Source: Nitrospirota bacterium
GTDB lineage: Bacteria; Nitrospirota; Thermodesulfovibrionia; Thermodesulfovibrionales; Dissulfurispiraceae
Direction of reading: 5' to 3'
Length of the DNA stretch: 64,000 nt
Assembly: GCA_963710375.1 (NCBI GenBank)
Contig: CAVPZX010000002.1
Coordinates: forward strand, 384,001-448,000
Position 1 is the stretch's first letter; every line of letters begins with the position of its first letter. A program made the translations under genes and the position numbers. Below the pieces are notes generated by a model. That model was not told where the DNA came from. It saw only the letters and a list, made by a program, of their open reading frames with translations, and ran no database searches. This document shows positions 59,606 to 64,000 of this stretch, piece by piece.

Positions 59606-61246
59606 TCAGCAGTAGAGTTTTCTCAATTTAACCTTGTTAATTTTACCCACACTGGTTTTCGGAATTTCATCAACGAACAAATATTTATCCGGCACACCAT
59701 ACTTGGGAATTTTCCCCTTGACCGCACAATCTTCCATGTATTTTTGAAATTCTTCGGCAGTTACCTTGCCCTTAAATTCAGGCCGCAAAACAATCATGAG
59801 CGCCGGCCTTTCTCCCCATTTGGGGTCAGGCAAGCCAATAGCTGCCGCTTCCAAAACAGCGGCGTGCTGACTTGCCAGATTTTCTAATTCCAGCGAAGAA
59901 ATCCATTCGCCGCCGGTTTTAATGACATCCTTAAGGCGGTCAGTTATCTGAATATATCCTTCCTTGTCAATATAGGCGACGTCTCCGGTATGCAACCAGC
60001 CGTCAATCCATAAATCCTTCGACCTTTCAGGTTCTTTTAAATATCCGTCAGTCAGCCATGGAGCTCTGAGAACCAATTCACCTGTTGCTTCACCATTATG
60101 GGGTAAATGTTTGCCGCAGGGATCAACAATACTTGCGTAAACCAACGGTGCCGGCAAACCTGTAGTAATCAATATATCGAGCTGTTTTTCCTTTTCCCAG
60201 TCAAGCATTGACGGCTTTAAATTGGCAATGGCCACAATGGGACATGTCTCCGACATCCCATATCCTGCATATGCCTGGATTCCCATTTGCATCGCCGCCA
60301 GTGCTAACCCCCTGGTCAACCTGGCCCCACCTATTATAACTTTCCATTTCGATAAGTCCACTCCCTTTACGGCAGGACTGGCCACCAGCATTTGAAGGAT
60401 CGTTGGCACACAATGAGAAAATGTGACCTTTTCCGTAACGATCAACTTCAGTAACATTGGCGGTTCGTATTTACCAGGATAGACTTGTTTTACTCCGAGC
60501 ATCGTTGCCACGTAGGGGACACCCCAGGCATGCACGTGGAACATAGGTGTCAGCGGCATATAGACGTCATTGGAACGAAAGCGGCCAACTGACTCATACG
60601 CTCCTCCCATCGTAGTGGCCATTGTGTGTAAAACCAATTGGCGATGGGAAAAGTAAACACCTTTTGGCAATCCTGTTGTGCCTGTCGTATAAAAAGCTGT
60701 GGCCCGTGTGTTTTCATCAAAATCTGGAAAATCATACTCGGCAGGCGCCGATTTGAGCAGTTCCTCATATTCGCTGTCAAAATGGATTTTGCTTTGAGGC
60801 TTGTCGCCGTTTTCCGAAATCACTATGATCTTCTCCACTGTCTTTAATTGATCCCTAACTGCTTCCAGAAGAGGCAGGAATTCGGAATTGATAATCACAA
60901 CTTTATCACCGGCATGATTCATTGTGTATAAAATCTGGTCCGAAGAAAGACGCCAGTTCTGCGTATGCAGAACAGCGCCCATCATCGGGATGGCAAAATA
61001 ACATTCCAGGTAACGATGACTGTCATAATCAAAAACGCAGATTGTATCCCCTTCTTTTACTCCCATCTTAGCCAGCCCGCCAGCCAATCTATGAATGCGC
61101 TCATTAAGTTGCTGATAAGTCAAACGGACTTTATCACGATAAACGATTTCTTGCTGGGGTGCAAAGAACAGCGGTGTGTGGAGCAAATGTTTAATTAATA
61201 ATTGATAATTGTAATTTTCTCCGGGTTCATAGGCTTTTTGGGTCAT
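59606..61246 (-). CDS. fatty acid--CoA ligase (AMP-binding)
   Basis: YTTGTTGLPKG, GYGMSET, GWLHTGD, DRLKDVIKTGGEWISS. Confidence 0.95.
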   Translation of the reverse strand: MTQKAYEPGENYNYQLLIKHLLHTPLFFAPQQEIVYRDKVRLTYQQLNERIHRLAGGLAKMGVKEGDTICVFDYDSHRYLECYFAIPMMGAVLHTQNWRLSSDQILYTMNHAGDKVVIINSEFLPLLEAVRDQLKTVEKIIVISENGDKPQSKIHFDSEYEELLKSAPAEYDFPDFDENTRATAFYTTGTTGLPKGVYFSHRQLVLHTMATTMGGAYESVGRFRSNDVYMPLTPMFHVHAWGVPYVATMLGVKQVYPGKYEPPMLLKLIVTEKVTFSHCVPTILQMLVASPAVKGVDLSKWKVIIGGARLTRGLALAAMQMGIQAYAGYGMSETCPIVAIANLKPSMLDWEKEKQLDILITTGLPAPLVYASIVDPCGKHLPHNGEATGELVLRAPWLTDGYLKEPERSKDLWIDGWLHTGDVAYIDKEGYIQITDRLKDVIKTGGEWISSLELENLASQHAAVLEAAAIGLPDPKWGERPALMIVLRPEFKGKVTAEEFQKYMEDCAVKGKIPKYGVPDKYLFVDEIPKTSVGKINKVKLRKLYC

Positions 61247-61433
61247 AACATTGCCTCCTTTTGAGCTGGTGCTTTTTTTCGTTGAAGTAAACCCTGCTTC
61301 GCAGTATATTAAGCAAATGTCTCCTTGCTGTCAATATCGGGAGCCTCTTTTGTGATACATAGCTGAAAATAACATTACTTTTGTTATACTAGGAAGCCTT
61401 ACCTATGACCTATGACTTAACATATGGTGCGCC

Positions 61434-62435
61434 TTGAGAAAGATTGCCCTAACAGGAATCGCCGTTTTGTTTATCTTGCTTGTCAATTCCTGCAATAAGA
61501 ATAAAATGGAAGCTTTCAGAGAAACACGCGTTTCACTCTATACCATTGTTACCATCACAGTATATTCTGAGTCCGAGCAGAAAGCAAAAGCTGCAATCGA
61601 TGCTACCTATACCGAATTGGACAGGCTCGGAAAGCTCCTGAACTTTTATTCTGAAGACAGTGAAGTATCAATGATCAACAGGTTTTCGGGTATCAGGCCG
61701 GTAAAGGTCTCAACAGACACCCTGGATGTAATCGACAGGGCGCTCTATATATCGCGGAGTACGGATGGAGCATTTGACATCACCATAGGCCCCATTGTCA
61801 AACTGTGGGATTTTGAGAAGAAAATCCTGCCGGATGACAAAGCAATTAAAGATAAATTATATCTTGTAAATTACCGAAACGTTGTGGTCGATAAGGTGCA
61901 CTCCACTGTTTTTCTTAGAAAAAAGGGAATGCAAATAGATTTGGGCGGCATTGAAAAAGGCTATGCTGCAGAGAGGGCAGCCCAAATATTAAAGAAAAAC
62001 GGAATCACAGCGGGTATTATAGCGGTAGGAGGAGAAGTCAAGCCTTTTGGGACAAAACCGGATGGCGGCCCCTGGAGAGTAGGAATCAAGAACCCACATC
62101 AGAAAGACAAAAACGACGAGATAATTGCGATAGTGAATCTTGCCGGCCAAGCTATATCAACATCGGGAGGGTATGAGAAGTTCTTCGTAAAAGATGGAAA
62201 ATGGTACCATCACATACTGGACCCTGCAACAGGCTATCCAGCTTATGAATGCCAAAGCGTGAGCGTAATTGCGAAGAATGCCCCCGATGGTTTTCCTACT
62301 GGAATATTCGTTCTCGGTCCTCAAAAAGGCCTGAAAATCCTCAAAAAGCTGGGGCTTGACGGCATAATAATAGACAAGTCCGGAGAAATCTTGACTACCG
62401 ACGGAATAAAGGACAAGCTGGAGATTGTCCACTGA
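61434..62435 (+). CDS. apbE: FAD:protein FMN transferase lipoprotein
   Basis: Lipobox VNSC, GAFDITIG, DLGGIEKGY, STSG.YE, HHILDP. Confidence 0.92.
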   Translation: MRKIALTGIAVLFILLVNSCNKNKMEAFRETRVSLYTIVTITVYSESEQKAKAAIDATYTELDRLGKLLNFYSEDSEVSMINRFSGIRPVKVSTDTLDVIDRALYISRSTDGAFDITIGPIVKLWDFEKKILPDDKAIKDKLYLVNYRNVVVDKVHSTVFLRKKGMQIDLGGIEKGYAAERAAQILKKNGITAGIIAVGGEVKPFGTKPDGGPWRVGIKNPHQKDKNDEIIAIVNLAGQAISTSGGYEKFFVKDGKWYHHILDPATGYPAYECQSVSVIAKNAPDGFPTGIFVLGPQKGLKILKKLGLDGIIIDKSGEILTTDGIKDKLEIVH

Positions 62436-62647
62436 CGCAACTCGTTTTTGCGGACTTGGAGGAAGAAAGAAGTTTGTATAAAATATTAATCAAAATAATG
62501 GTATTTTTACTTATATATTGGAATTAATCCATTTTAATGCTGCATAATATTCCTCAGAAATGCCAATAAATCAAGAAGATAATACATTGTCACGCTTGGT
62601 ATATACCTTGCATACTGATAATATTATACTTTTTACCGGGGGTCGTA

Positions 62648-64000
62648 ATGAAAAACTTTTTTCTCAATCTACGCATTAAATATAAGATTGGCTCTATTAT
62701 CCTTATGGCGGTCTTATGTGCAATAGCTTTTAGTATAGTATTCCTCACATTTTTACGGAGCAGTCTTGTCAGCGAGAAAAAGGACAAGCTCAGAAACGTT
62801 GTGGAAACAGCCTATGGGGTAATCGCTCACAATCACAAATTATTTACTGATGGCGCAATGCCTGAAGACCAGGCAAAGGCTGCCGCCATGGCTGCACTCA
62901 AAGCACTGCGCTATAACGAAGACGAATACTTTTGGGTCAACGATGACAAGCTCCCTTATCCTACCATGATCATGCACCCGCTGAATCCTGCTCTGGATGG
63001 AAAACCATTGGATGACGCCAAATACAACTGTGCTACCACCATTCAGGCGGGGTTGAAAGGCGCTGAAAACAAAACTGACGGAAAAAAGAACCTGTTCCAG
63101 GCGGGTGTTGAAGTAGCAAATGCGGCAGGCGAAGGATTCATTGCCTATCAGTGGCCTAAGCCGGTCACAGGCGGCGGGGTTTCCGAAGAGCGCTACCCAA
63201 AAATATCTTTCGTCAAGAAGTTTCCGGCATGGAACTGGATCATAGGAAGCGGGATCTATTGGGACGACATTAATACCATTTATTGGCATCAGGCAGAGTA
63301 CGTCGTAACTTTTATCATCGTGTTTATCATCCTGCTCGCCATTATCGGATGGTATGTATCAAATCATATCACCAACCCTCTTTCTGAAATAAGCCGAAAG
63401 GTAGAAGATTTGGCCAACGGAGATTTAACCGTGAAAATTGAGTATACCAGCAAAGATGAAGCAGGCTCCCTTGCCCAGAGCATGAACCTCATGGTTTCAT
63501 CTATCAGACAAATAGTCGGATCAATTATCGAATCCTCAGCAGACGTTATACATTCCGTTGGATCACTAAAGGCAGGCTCTGAAAGAACTCTGGAGGGAAC
63601 GAATAATCAGTCGTTGCAGGCCGCACAGATTGCGACCGCCGCAGAAGAGATGAGCCAGACCATCAGTGACATCGCTCGAAATTCTTCAATTGCAAGTGAG
63701 TCCTCAAAGGAAGCGATGGATACCGCTGCCAACGGCAAGGATGTGGCAGACGGAGCTGTTGAGACTGTTCATCGGGTCTATGCCTCAACTGTGGAACTCT
63801 CGACCATGGTGGATAAGCTCAACAGCAGAGCGCTCGAAATCGGCGAGATTGTCACAGTGATAAAAGATATCGCCGACCAGACCAACCTTCTGGCACTCAA
63901 TGCTGCCATTGAGGCTGCACGTGCTGGGGAACAAGGCCGCGGATTTTCCGTGGTGGCCGACGAGGTAAGGAAGCTTGCTGAAAGGACCATCAAGGCTACT
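62648..64000 (+). CDS. Cache-domain methyl-accepting chemotaxis protein, 3'-truncated by window edge
   Basis: ATG at 62648, TM, Cache ([17 protein letters not shown]), HAMP, then [26 protein letters not shown] in frame. Absent from the ORF track because no stop lies in the window. Confidence 0.93.
   Translation, partial: MKNFFLNLRIKYKIGSIILMAVLCAIAFSIVFLTFLRSSLVSEKKDKLRNVVETAYGVIAHNHKLFTDGAMPEDQAKAAAMAALKALRYNEDEYFWVNDDKLPYPTMIMHPLNPALDGKPLDDAKYNCATTIQAGLKGAENKTDGKKNLFQAGVEVANAAGEGFIAYQWPKPVTGGGVSEERYPKISFVKKFPAWNWIIGSGIYWDDINTIYWHQAEYVVTFIIVFIILLAIIGWYVSNHITNPLSEISRKVEDLANGDLTVKIEYTSKDEAGSLAQSMNLMVSSIRQIVGSIIESSADVIHSVGSLKAGSERTLEGTNNQSLQAAQIATAAEEMSQTISDIARNSSIASESSKEAMDTAANGKDVADGAVETVHRVYASTVELSTMVDKLNSRALEIGEIVTVIKDIADQTNLLALNAAIEAARAGEQGRGFSVVADEVRKLAERTIKAT

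Noticed and set aside
62590..63993. Several short ORFs near the right edge
   Set aside because: Shadows or alternative frames of the MCP gene that runs off the window.

Overview
This 64 kb window looks like chromosome from an anaerobic bacterium. Gene content and order suggest Nitrospirota (Thermodesulfovibrionia-like) or a deltaproteobacterium; that assignment is inference. The right half (about 27-64 kb) is core: an 11-subunit complex I operon (nuoABCDHIJKLMN, no nuoEFG), trpC, rpsF-ssb-rpsR, nadD, proA, a ferredoxin, hisI, ntrYX, der, an acyl-CoA ligase, apbE and an MCP. Many intergenic gaps there hold palindromic 6-7-mer tandem-repeat cassettes, and one sits in frame inside nadD. The 20-25 kb region is a redox/oxidative-stress cluster. 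The left third is accessory, with five notable items. (1) A minus-strand array at 4.3-7.6 kb (56-aa ORF, divergent dGTPase-like HD protein, two-HKD PLD-family protein, 105-aa ORF) in which every gene is preceded by a hairpin, U-tract and RBS. It is divergent from a parM-parR-like pair with 11-12 bp periodic repeats and resembles a stranded plasmid/ICE leading region. (2) A tungsten AOR locus whose MoaD has its Gly-Gly end masked by a 10-residue tail. (3) A UxxC thioredoxin-fold selenoprotein with a SECIS-like hairpin, truncated in the ORF track. (4) An uncalled ~70-codon frame matching the C-terminal conserved region of RNA polymerase beta'. (5) A toxin-antitoxin cluster and an IS21 element. 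Two ~180-bp elements (4.1 and 51 kb) share an internal core but have different self-complementary arms. No rRNA, tRNA or CRISPR array was seen.
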